Positions 35,292-43,615 of a stretch of DNA of 64,000 nucleotides are shown here, piece by piece (position 1 is the first letter of the stretch; each line of letters opens with the position of its first letter). The notes beneath the pieces are model-generated. The model was not told the DNA's origin. It did no database searches and saw only the letters and a list, made by a program, of their open reading frames with translations. The translations under genes and the position numbers were made by a program. The stretch is from an uncultured bacterium (GTDB lineage Bacteria > Patescibacteriota > Minisyncoccia > Minisyncoccales > RBG-13-42-11), in contig CAWBPO010000003.1 in assembly GCA_963790795.1 (NCBI GenBank), positions 50,855 to 114,854 of the forward strand. The letters are read 5' to 3'.

Positions 35292-35438
35292 AGTGGTAAT
35301 ACCTAATTAGGTCGCGGCACGCGTCGCTTACGCTCCGCTAACACCGCTCTTTAAAAACCCTCGGTTTTTAATATTTTCCTACACGGAAGAACCGAAAGGT
35401 TCTTCCGACCCATCTCCGATATGGGATGCTATCATTTA
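35292..35438. repeat. intergenic structured repeat, copy 2 of 3
   Basis: Hairpins at 35351-35371 (TTAAAAAC CCTCG GTTTTTAA) and 35385-35406 (GGAAGAACC GAAA GGTTCTTCC). Flanks align with copies 1 and 3. Confidence 0.8.
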
Positions 35439-35455
35439 TTATATAAAATTTTGTT

Positions 35456-37102
35456 TTATTGTAAAATAGCTCTGATTCTCCTGATGCCGGCGCTGGAAGA
35501 CTCTTCTTTGACAACCTTAAAATGACCGAGCTCTCCCGTCCGACTAACGTGGGGGCCGCCGCATATCTCTTTTGAAAAATCGCCAATGCTGTAAACTTTT
35601 ACTATCTCTTCGTATTTATTTTCAAAAACTCCTGTTGCCCCTTTTTCTTTTGCTTCTTTTAAAGTCATCTCTTCACAGATTACGGGCAAATCCTCTTTGA
35701 TTTTTTGATTGACTAAGTTCTCAACTTCTTTAATCTCTTTTTCTGTCATTTTTTCCGGATGGGAAAAATCAAACCTTAATCTCTCAACCGTAATATTGCT
35801 TCCTTTCTGGAAAATATGGCTGCCTAAAACCTGCCTTAAAGCAGCTAATAATAAATGATTGACAGTATGATATTTAATTGTTTTTTCTGAAACATCGGCT
35901 AGTCCACCCTTAAACATTCCTGAAGAAGAGGTTCTTGAAAGTTCTTGGTGTTCCTTAAATTTTTTATTAAATTCTTCCACATCTATATCTTTCCCCCTTT
36001 CTTTAGCCAGCTCTAACGTTAACTCTAATGGAAAACCGTAACTCGTGTACAGTTCAAAAGCATCTGTGCCTTTTTCAAATTGTTTCAATCCCTCCTCCAG
36101 CGTTTTCTCAAACTTTTCCTCTTCATTTTGAATTGCCGTCAAAATATCACTTTCTTTTGATTTTAATTCCGGATAAACGTCTTTATGCATTTCAATCGCT
36201 TTTTGCGCCAAAGGAATCAGGAAATTCTCCGGCAAATTCAATAATCTCCCGTATCTTATCGCTCTTCTTAAAACCCTTCTCAAAACATATCCCCTTTCAA
36301 CGTTTGAGGGTAAAATTCCTTCAGAAATTAAAAAAACAGAACCTTTGACATGGTCAGCAATTATTCTTTTTGCTTTTTCATTTTCACCTGGAATCCAGTT
36401 AACAATCGGCAAAAATAAATCAGTCTCGTAAACTGAATATTTGCCCTGAACAACCGTTGCCAATCTCTCCAATCCCATGCCCGTATCAACTCCTTTCTGT
36501 TTCAAAGAAACAAGTTTGCCAGCCTTATCCTGATAATATTCGTTAAAAACTAAGTTCCAAACCTCAATACCGTTAAAATGAATTTCAGTTGTCGGACCGC
36601 AAGGCCCTTCCTCTCCAGTCGGCCCCCAGAAATTGTCCTTTCTGCCGCATTTTTTAATTTTGTTTTCTGGAATGCCAAGTTTTTTCCAGATTTCAACTGA
36701 TTCTTTGTCTTCTGAAACATTTCCATCTCCTTCAAAAACAGTAAAAACAGCCTTATCCAAAGGCAATTTCAACTCTTTAAAAAGAAACTCAAAAGCTGCG
36801 CTTATCGCTTCTTCTTTAAAGTAACCGCCGAAAGAAAAATTCCCCAGCATTTCCAAAAAAGTCAGATGGCTCTCGTCTCCCACTTCTTTAATATCAGAAG
36901 TTCTGAAGCATTTTTGGCAAGAACAGACATTTTGGCCAAAAGGAGATTTCTCGCCCAAATAATACGGTTTGAACTGCTGCATGCCAGCAGTCGTAAATAA
37001 AACGCTGGGGTCTGCGGGTATAAGGGAAGACGAAGGCAAGACTTTATGCCCTTTTTTCTCAAAAAATTCCAAAAACTTTCTTCTCAATTCGTTTGAGTTC
37101 AT
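35456..37102 (-). CDS. alaS: alanyl-tRNA synthetase, compact form (548 aa) lacking the C-Ala domain
   Basis: FTTAGMQQFKPYYLG, editing-domain HTVNHLLLAAL and CGGPHV. The protein ends soon after the editing domain. Confidence 0.85.
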   Translation of the reverse strand: MNSNELRRKFLEFFEKKGHKVLPSSSLIPADPSVLFTTAGMQQFKPYYLGEKSPFGQNVCSCQKCFRTSDIKEVGDESHLTFLEMLGNFSFGGYFKEEAISAAFEFLFKELKLPLDKAVFTVFEGDGNVSEDKESVEIWKKLGIPENKIKKCGRKDNFWGPTGEEGPCGPTTEIHFNGIEVWNLVFNEYYQDKAGKLVSLKQKGVDTGMGLERLATVVQGKYSVYETDLFLPIVNWIPGENEKAKRIIADHVKGSVFLISEGILPSNVERGYVLRRVLRRAIRYGRLLNLPENFLIPLAQKAIEMHKDVYPELKSKESDILTAIQNEEEKFEKTLEEGLKQFEKGTDAFELYTSYGFPLELTLELAKERGKDIDVEEFNKKFKEHQELSRTSSSGMFKGGLADVSEKTIKYHTVNHLLLAALRQVLGSHIFQKGSNITVERLRFDFSHPEKMTEKEIKEVENLVNQKIKEDLPVICEEMTLKEAKEKGATGVFENKYEEIVKVYSIGDFSKEICGGPHVSRTGELGHFKVVKEESSSAGIRRIRAILQ

Positions 37103-37133
37103 TAAAAATTAGAAATTAAAATTAAAGTTTTCA

Positions 37134-37646
37134 TTAGCTGTATCTATCAGCTACTGATGAAGCAGCGAAAGATTCCGGCTTAATTTTAGGTTCAAAGCCG
37201 TTTCCTTTAATCAAACCAGTAACCTCTTTAATCATGTCCTTGGTTTTTCCGTTTTCGCCGACATCGGCATGGATATAGCGGAACTGGTAATTAAGGTTTG
37301 TTTTTCCGGATTTCTCAACCACCTTTTCAAAATTCTCCCTCAGATATAAAGCTAATTGGCAGGAAAGATAAACCTCCTCCAAAATTCTCTGCTTCCAGTT
37401 GTAAAAAATCCTTCCTTTATAAGCTATTTTTTTGAGGAAAAACCTGCCTCCTTCGCCCACTCTCAAAACAACTAAAGCCAAAGGAAAATTAGGCTCTATC
37501 CCGGAAGAGGAATCGCAACCAACAATAACATCGTAAAACTTTTCCGGTTTTTCAGAAATATAATTAATTACTTCCTCAACCATCTTCTCAATTTTAAGAT
37601 TTCCTTTGGTCGGATTGAAAAAATAGCCGTTTAAAATCTTATCCAT
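37134..37646 (-). CDS. DUF458/YkuK-like (RNase H-like fold) protein
   Basis: IVGCDSS, IHADVGENGKT, and C-terminal KPESFAASSVADRYS match my memory of the YkuK family. Confidence 0.55.
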   Translation of the reverse strand: MDKILNGYFFNPTKGNLKIEKMVEEVINYISEKPEKFYDVIVGCDSSSGIEPNFPLALVVLRVGEGGRFFLKKIAYKGRIFYNWKQRILEEVYLSCQLALYLRENFEKVVEKSGKTNLNYQFRYIHADVGENGKTKDMIKEVTGLIKGNGFEPKIKPESFAASSVADRYS

Positions 37647-37670
37647 GGTATAAAAATATTAGCATTTCCC

Positions 37671-38354
37671 CTAGATTTTATCAATGTTTTTTAATATATT
37701 CAAAAACTCTCCTGCGCTTAAAGAAGCGCTGCCGATTAGCAACCCCTGAAAACCTCCCTCTTTAATGTAATTTCCGGCATTCTGAGAATTAACGCTGCCG
37801 CCGTAAAGGATTGGAATGTTTTTGCCCAATTCTTTCCTGATTGAAATTCTAATTTTTTTGGCTTTTTCTATACTGCAGGCTTTTCCCGTGCCTATGGCAA
37901 AAACCGGCTCGTAAGCCAAAATTAAATTTTCAATTTTTAATTTGCGATTTTCAATTTCTTCCAAGCTCTTTTTAAGTTGGTTTAAATTGGCAACGCACAA
38001 AATTGGCCTTAATCCCGATTCTAGAGCTGCTTTTAACTTTCTGTTAATCATTTCATCTGTTTCATTCAGGTTTGCCCTCCTTTCGGAATGGCCGAGAATT
38101 ACATACTGAATACCAGCATTTTTCAGCATTGATGCCGATATTTCACCGGTAAAAGCGCCTTCACTCCAAAAACAATCCTGAGCGCCTAATTTCAAACCGG
38201 ATTTAAGAGAAAAAATATATAAAAAAGGAGGACAAATAGCCACTTCTGACTTTTTAAAATTTTTTATCCCTTTGGTAACGGAATCAAAAAGTTTTTTGGC
38301 TTCAGACAAATTCTTGGGATTGCACTTCCAGTTTGCGACAATTAATGGTTTCAT
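37671..38354 (-). CDS. tpiA: triosephosphate isomerase
   Basis: LIVANWKCN, ILGHSERR, YEPVFAIGTG, GGSV. Confidence 0.9.
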   Translation of the reverse strand: MKPLIVANWKCNPKNLSEAKKLFDSVTKGIKNFKKSEVAICPPFLYIFSLKSGLKLGAQDCFWSEGAFTGEISASMLKNAGIQYVILGHSERRANLNETDEMINRKLKAALESGLRPILCVANLNQLKKSLEEIENRKLKIENLILAYEPVFAIGTGKACSIEKAKKIRISIRKELGKNIPILYGGSVNSQNAGNYIKEGGFQGLLIGSASLSAGEFLNILKNIDKI

Positions 38355-38377
38355 AATGTTTTATTTATATAACTTTT

Positions 38378-39124
38378 TTAAACTTCTGTTAATATTTTAC
38401 AGCCTTTTTCTGTCGCAACAACCATATGCTCAAAATGGCAAGATAAAGAACCATCAGCAGTCTGATAACCGTAGCCATCAAAAGATTTTTTAATTTTCCA
38501 ATCACCCATTGCCACCATCGGCTCAATGCAAAAAACCATTCCTTGTTTGATTTCAGGCCCGCTCTTTCTTCTGCCATAATTTAAAATTTGCGGCTCTTCG
38601 TGAATCTCTCTGCCTATTCCATGGCCGCACAAATCCCTGATAACGCTGAATCCCTGCGACTCAACATATCTCTGGATAGTGTTGCCTATGTCACCGAAAG
38701 TATTGCCTGGTCTGACTTTTTTCAATCCTCTTTTGAAAGCTTTTTTAGTTACGCGGATAAGCCGCAAAACATCAGAATTAACTTTGCCGACAGCCAAGGT
38801 CACTGCCATGTCGCTGTGAAAACCTTTGTAAAGCATTCCCAAGTCAAGAGAAATTATGTCTCCTTCTTTCAATGTCCGGTTAGAAGGAGCAGCATGAACC
38901 ACTTCCTCGTTTATTGAAGTGCAAAGACAATTAGGATAACCTTCGTATCCTTTGAAAGAGCATTTTCCTCCTGATTTTAAAATCAGGCTCTCGCTGAGCC
39001 TGTCTAATTCTTTCGTCGTAATGCCCGGCTTCACCTTTCCTTCCAAATCTCGCATAATCTTTGCCAGGATACTGCCGCCTTCTGCCATTATCTTAATTTC
39101 TTCTTTTGTTTTTATTAAAATCAT
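38378..39124 (-). CDS. map: methionine aminopeptidase type I
   Basis: VVHAAPSNRTLKEGDIISLDLG, CGHGIGREIHEEP, FCIEPM. Confidence 0.95.
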   Translation of the reverse strand: MILIKTKEEIKIMAEGGSILAKIMRDLEGKVKPGITTKELDRLSESLILKSGGKCSFKGYEGYPNCLCTSINEEVVHAAPSNRTLKEGDIISLDLGMLYKGFHSDMAVTLAVGKVNSDVLRLIRVTKKAFKRGLKKVRPGNTFGDIGNTIQRYVESQGFSVIRDLCGHGIGREIHEEPQILNYGRRKSGPEIKQGMVFCIEPMVAMGDWKIKKSFDGYGYQTADGSLSCHFEHMVVATEKGCKILTEV

Positions 39125-39822
39125 TTAAGAGCTTTTAAAATATCTTTAAAAACGCCTGCTACTGGCTGCTCTCCCTTAATTATTCTCACCTTCAACCCCT
39201 GCTTTTTGAACAAATCAAGCAAAGGAGCGGTTTTCTCTTTAAATTCTTCAAGACGAATTTTTATCGCTTTTGCATTATCGTCTTTTCTGCGCATTAATTT
39301 TGAACCGTCCAAAGGACATTTTGTCAGTTTTTTCGTTTCTTTTGTGTATAAGATTGAATGAGTTGCCAGCTGGCATTCCCTGCGATGGGAGTTTCTCCAA
39401 ATTGTTGCTGCTGGCGTCAGTTTCAAAAAGATTACAAAAACGTTCTCTGTCCCATATAATTTCTTCAAAAGAGGAATCAAGGATTTTCCTTCGTCCAAAG
39501 TTCTGGGTGAACCGGACAAAACAATACCCTTTCCTTGTCTGGCGATTTCTTCAATTTTTTTCTTGGTCAGATAAAATACAAAATTTGAATCCCATAATAA
39601 TCCTTTTTCGCGCATTTCAGCCTGCTTTGCAAAATAATATTTCTTGCCTTTTATAGCCACGAACCCTCCTTTTTTTGCCTGTTCAATAATCCTGCCGACA
39701 AAGCTGCTGGTTTCCCATTGGAAAAAACCAAATTTCCCGGACAATAATTCAGCCTGGGTTCCTTTGCCAGAGCCTGGCGGTCCGAGAACGATTATGGCTT
39801 TTTGCTTGTTAAAACGTCTCAT
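39121..39822 (-). CDS. adk: adenylate kinase-like protein (divergent)
   Basis: IVLGPPGSGKGTQAELL and the position between secY and map. The central region is divergent. Start trimmed to MRRFNKQ. Confidence 0.7.
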   Translation of the reverse strand: MRRFNKQKAIIVLGPPGSGKGTQAELLSGKFGFFQWETSSFVGRIIEQAKKGGFVAIKGKKYYFAKQAEMREKGLLWDSNFVFYLTKKKIEEIARQGKGIVLSGSPRTLDEGKSLIPLLKKLYGTENVFVIFLKLTPAATIWRNSHRRECQLATHSILYTKETKKLTKCPLDGSKLMRRKDDNAKAIKIRLEEFKEKTAPLLDLFKKQGLKVRIIKGEQPVAGVFKDILKALK

Positions 39823-41086
39823 ATTCCCGCATTTGCAGTTGAGCTTTAACCTGGCGCATTGAATCCAAAGCAACGGAAACAACTATCAATAAAGCCGTAC
39901 CTCCGATTAAAAAGCTGAAAACATGAACGCCGGTAATGCCGCCGATGATTGAAGGCAAAACAGCAATAAGTCCCAAGAATAAAGCGCCGATCAGCAGCAC
40001 CCTGTTCAAGATAAAATACATGAAATTAGCTGTGTTTTCGCCCGGCCTGATACCGGGTACAAATCCGCCCATTTTCTGCAGATTGGAAGAAATGGCTTTC
40101 GGGTCAAAAGTAACTGCTGTATAGAAATAAGTGAAAAGCACGACCAGAATAAAGTAAGCAATACCGTAAAACCACTGATTGGCAAACAAGTTTCCTATGG
40201 TTTGAGCAACAGAACCTATTGTTCCTCCAGCCCCTCCCAAAAAATTAGCAATCATTCCGGGAAAAAGCATAATTGATAAAGCAAAGATAATAGGGATAAC
40301 TCCAGCAGGATTAATGTTCAAAGGCAAATAAGTGGAAACTCCTCCGTACATTTTCGTTCCCCTCACTCTTTTGGCGTAGGAAACAGGAATGTTCCGACGT
40401 CCCTCGTTAATCAAAACTACGCCAGCGATGATAACCAAAGCCATGCCAAAGAAAAACAGATAAGCAGGGACATTGGCCGGATTCCAAGCAACAATCATCT
40501 TTCTGATGTTATTGGGAACGTCGGCAATAATACCGGCAAAAATCAAAAGAGAAACGCCGTTGCCAATCCCCTTTTCTGAAATCAATTCTCCCAGCCACAT
40601 CAAAAACACGGTTCCAGTGGTAATGGTCAATATTGAAGTGATGGTCAGTTCCAAAGAAAGCTGGCCGATTATCTGCTGTCTTTGAAAAAGAGAAAGCATG
40701 GCATATCCTTGCAAAATGCCCAAAGGAATGGTTAAAATCCTTCCGTACTGATTAAATTTTTTCTTGCCTTGCTCTCCTTCTTCTTTATACATTCTTTCCA
40801 GGGCCGGAAATATCATTGTTAACAGCTGCATGATAATGACACCAGTGATATATGGACCCAAGCCAAGCATAACGATTGAAAGGTTGTCTAAAGCTCCTCC
40901 GGTAAACAAGTTCAAAAGGCCGAATATCTGATTGGCGCCGAAAAACTCCTGTATCTTTTCAGCTGAAATCCCGGGAATGGGAATATTGGCCATCAATCTG
41001 AAAACGGCAAAAACTCCCAAAACAAAAAGAATCTTATTGCGCAAGTCCTTTATCTTGAATATTTGAATAATCTTCTGGTACCACAT
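39809..41086 (-). CDS. secY: preprotein translocase subunit SecY
   Basis: 425 aa, 10-TM pattern, GGALDNLSIVMLGLGPYIT, GISLLIFAGI. Confidence 0.95.
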   Translation of the reverse strand: MWYQKIIQIFKIKDLRNKILFVLGVFAVFRLMANIPIPGISAEKIQEFFGANQIFGLLNLFTGGALDNLSIVMLGLGPYITGVIIMQLLTMIFPALERMYKEEGEQGKKKFNQYGRILTIPLGILQGYAMLSLFQRQQIIGQLSLELTITSILTITTGTVFLMWLGELISEKGIGNGVSLLIFAGIIADVPNNIRKMIVAWNPANVPAYLFFFGMALVIIAGVVLINEGRRNIPVSYAKRVRGTKMYGGVSTYLPLNINPAGVIPIIFALSIMLFPGMIANFLGGAGGTIGSVAQTIGNLFANQWFYGIAYFILVVLFTYFYTAVTFDPKAISSNLQKMGGFVPGIRPGENTANFMYFILNRVLLIGALFLGLIAVLPSIIGGITGVHVFSFLIGGTALLIVVSVALDSMRQVKAQLQMREYETF

Positions 41087-41208
41087 AGTGATAATACTAA
41101 GTTAGTCGCTCGCTTCGGGCTCGCTCTTTAAAAACCCTCAGTTTTTAATCTTTTCCTACACAGGGAAACCGGAGGGTTTCCCCGACCCCCTTCCGATATG
41201 GGATGTCA
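41087..41208. repeat. intergenic structured repeat, copy 3 of 3 (rplO-secY spacer)
   Basis: Hairpins at 41128-41148 (TTAAAAAC CCTCA GTTTTTAA) and 41163-41182 (GGGAAACC GGAG GGTTTCCC). Nearly identical to copy 1 across H2 and the 3' flank. Confidence 0.8.
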
Positions 41209-41649
41209 TTTAATTGCGCCGCCCGCCTTTTCTATCTTTGCTTTGGCGTTTTTTGAAACAAGACAGTTTTCAAACTCCAAAGGCTTGGTTATCTCTCCCT
41301 TGGCCAAGATTTTAACCTTTGTCCCTCTTTTTAATATCTTACGAAGAAAACCCTTTTCAATCAATGCTTGGGGAGTTACTTTTTCTCCAACCTTAAAGAT
41401 TTTCTCTATATCAACCAAATTAAAAACTGCAGCTTTCGGCTTCTTAAATTTAGGATTTGAACCCAAACGATGACCTCTTAATTTAGGATATCTTTTAATC
41501 AGCTCGCGTATTGCCGGCTTAAATCTTCTGCCTGCCCTTGATCTCTGCCCTTTCATGCCCCTTCCGGAATAAGTGCCTCTTTTACCTCCCCGTCCCACGC
41601 GCTTTGATTTTTTTGATTTACCAGATGATTTTAATTCGTGCAGCTGCAT
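41206..41649 (-). CDS. rplO: ribosomal protein L15
   Basis: KRVGRGGKRGTYSGRGMKGQRSR. Confidence 0.95.
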   Translation of the reverse strand: MQLHELKSSGKSKKSKRVGRGGKRGTYSGRGMKGQRSRAGRRFKPAIRELIKRYPKLRGHRLGSNPKFKKPKAAVFNLVDIEKIFKVGEKVTPQALIEKGFLRKILKRGTKVKILAKGEITKPLEFENCLVSKNAKAKIEKAGGAIK

Positions 41650-41653
41650 AATT

Positions 41654-42148
41654 TTAATTATCCTTTGTTTTTACGTTTTTGATTCTCAGTTTTTTCAATG
41701 CGATAATCGTTGCTTGGGCATTATTCAATTTATTTCCGGTTCTGCCCAGAATCTTGGAAGAAATGTTCTTTATACCGGCCAAAGTGCAAATTACCCTGAC
41801 CACTCCGCCAGCCACCAAGCCTCTTCCTTTTCTCTGGGGTTTCAGAATAACTTTGGCTGCTCCAAACTTGGCGTAGATCTCGTGGGGAATGGTATCTTCG
41901 ACTGTGGGAACTTCAATCAGGTTTTTCTTGGCAATCCTTGTCGCTTTTTCAACTGCCTGGGCCACGTCCAACCCTTTTGACACGCCGACCCCTACTTTTC
42001 CCTGCTTGTTGCCAACAACTACCACTGCCCTGAATCTGAGCCGTTTGCCGCCAGCTGTCACCCTGGTTACTCTGGCCAAATCCAAAAGCTTTGATTCAAA
42101 CTCATCCTTTATTTTTTCTTCTCTGTTTCTTCTAAATCTGTCTCTCAT
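41654..42148 (-). CDS. rpsE: ribosomal protein S5
   Basis: VTRVTAGGKRLRFRAVVVVGN, GRGLVAGGVVR. Confidence 0.95.
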   Translation of the reverse strand: MRDRFRRNREEKIKDEFESKLLDLARVTRVTAGGKRLRFRAVVVVGNKQGKVGVGVSKGLDVAQAVEKATRIAKKNLIEVPTVEDTIPHEIYAKFGAAKVILKPQRKGRGLVAGGVVRVICTLAGIKNISSKILGRTGNKLNNAQATIIALKKLRIKNVKTKDN

Positions 42149-42174
42149 TTTATTTTGAAACTAAAAATATACGT

Positions 42175-42261
42175 TTCATTAAAAATAAATGTTTCACTAC
42201 AAATTTTAACTTCATTAAAAATAAACGCTTCGCTACAAATTTTAACTTCGTTAAAATTTTA
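42175..42261. repeat. 36-nt tandem repeat (2.4 units) in the rplR-rpsE spacer
   Basis: Unit 1 is TTCATTAAAAATAAATGTTTCACTACAAATTTTAAC (42175-42210). Unit 2 (42211-42246) has 3 substitutions. A partial third unit overlaps the rplR stop. Confidence 0.85.
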
Positions 42262-42595
42262 ATCCTCCTTCCCTTGCGCCTTCAGCCAGCGCTTTTACCT
42301 GGCCGTGATATTTGTAGCCGCCTCTGTCAAAAACAGCCTTTGTAATCTTCAAATCGTTGGCTTTCTTGGCGATTGATTTGCCGATTTCTTTTGCCTTGCC
42401 TGTTTTGATTTTTTTGAAATCAAAATCACTGGCAGCGGCAACAGTCTTTCCTTTTTCATCGTCAATCAATTGGGCGTAGATGTGCCTGCCTGATTTAAAA
42501 ACGCAAAGCCGCGGCTTTACTTTCGTACCGAAAACTCTTGCTCTTATCTTTTTGTGGCGCTTTTGCCTTTTTTTCTGTTTTGCCAACATAAACAT
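42251..42595 (-). CDS. rplR: ribosomal protein L18
   Basis: RLCVFKSGRHIYAQLIDD, FDRGGYKYHGQVKALAEGAREGGLKF. Confidence 0.95.
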   Translation of the reverse strand: MFMLAKQKKRQKRHKKIRARVFGTKVKPRLCVFKSGRHIYAQLIDDEKGKTVAAASDFDFKKIKTGKAKEIGKSIAKKANDLKITKAVFDRGGYKYHGQVKALAEGAREGGLKF

Positions 42596-43176
42596 TATTT
42601 GCCGCCGGCTGTTACCACCTTCTTGCCGACTTTTCTTCTGATTATTTCACCTGCGTATCTCAACCCTTTTCCTTTGTAAGGTTCAGCCGGTTTTACTTTC
42701 CTTAAAATTGAAGCGAATTGACCGACCAGGTCTTTTTCAATTCCGGAAACAGTTATGACGTTCTTCAGCACGGAAACCTTAAGGTTTTCCGGAATTTGTA
42801 TGTTCACCTGCTTGCTGAAACCGACATACAATACAATATCCTGGCCGGAAACTTCTGATTTGAAGCCCACTCCTTCAATTTCCAATTTTTTCTCAAATTC
42901 GGCAACAACCCCTTTTATCATATTATCAATCAACATTCTTGTCAGACCCCAGAAAGATTTTATCTGCTTTGTCTTTCTGCCGGGTATTTTTTTCTCACCC
43001 AATATTTCCTTTCGCGGCGAAACAAATATCTTGTCTTCTTTCAGTTCAATCTTAATTTCAGGCCGGAAATCCTTTGAAATTTCGCCTTTTGGGCCTTTAA
43101 CCGTTACTTTATCTCCCTGTATTTTCACTTCAACCCCCTGCGGTATTAAAATTGGTTTTTTACCTACTCTAGACAT
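42595..43176 (-). CDS. rplF: ribosomal protein L6
   Basis: MSRVGKKPILIPQGVEVKIQGDKVTVKGPKG. Start trimmed. Confidence 0.95.
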   Translation of the reverse strand: MSRVGKKPILIPQGVEVKIQGDKVTVKGPKGEISKDFRPEIKIELKEDKIFVSPRKEILGEKKIPGRKTKQIKSFWGLTRMLIDNMIKGVVAEFEKKLEIEGVGFKSEVSGQDIVLYVGFSKQVNIQIPENLKVSVLKNVITVSGIEKDLVGQFASILRKVKPAEPYKGKGLRYAGEIIRRKVGKKVVTAGGK

Positions 43177-43218
43177 ATATTTGTTAAAAACAATTTTTGC
43201 CGACACGCGACATAAGTT

Positions 43219-43608
43219 CTACCATATTTCGCATAATACTTCTCCTCCTCTTTTTTGTTTTTTCGCTTCTTTATTGGTCATCAACCCTTTTGAAGTGGAA
43301 ATGATCGCTATGCCGTGGCCTTCTTTTACTCTTCTTATCTGGGTTGAATTGACGTAAATCCTCTGGCCGGGCTTGGAAATCTTTCTCAATCCGGAAATTG
43401 CCGGAATCTTTTCCTCGTATTTCAAAACAATTTCAATGGTTTTTTTCGTTTTTCTGCCTTTTTTCTCAATTCCACTGATAAAACCGTGTTTCTCCAAAAT
43501 CTTGACAATCTCATATTTCAAATTAGAAAAGGCAACTTCGACTGTCGGATGATCAACAGCCTGAGCGTTTTTTATTATGTTTAGCATGTCTGCTACTGGA
43601 TCTGTCAT
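43219..43608 (-). CDS. rpsH: ribosomal protein S8
   Basis: MTDPVADMLNIIKNAQ, GHGIAIISTSKGLMT. Confidence 0.95.
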   Translation of the reverse strand: MTDPVADMLNIIKNAQAVDHPTVEVAFSNLKYEIVKILEKHGFISGIEKKGRKTKKTIEIVLKYEEKIPAISGLRKISKPGQRIYVNSTQIRRVKEGHGIAIISTSKGLMTNKEAKKQKRGGEVLCEIW

Positions 43609-43615
43609 ATGTTTT

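Noticed and set aside
41198-41473. 91-aa plus-strand ORF starting MGCHL inside repeat copy 3, with a similar MGCYHL start at 35419 in copy 2. It was considered as a repeat-encoded peptide.
   Set aside because: Only the first 4-5 codons are shared, because they lie in the repeat. The rest is antisense to rplO or runs into alaS antisense. Copy 1 has a 3-codon ORF at the equivalent site.
42175-42261. The 36-nt repeats were considered as a possible mini-CRISPR array.
   Set aside because: The units are directly adjacent with no spacers, are AT-rich and non-palindromic, overlap the rplR stop, and no cas genes are nearby. This is a simple tandem duplication.
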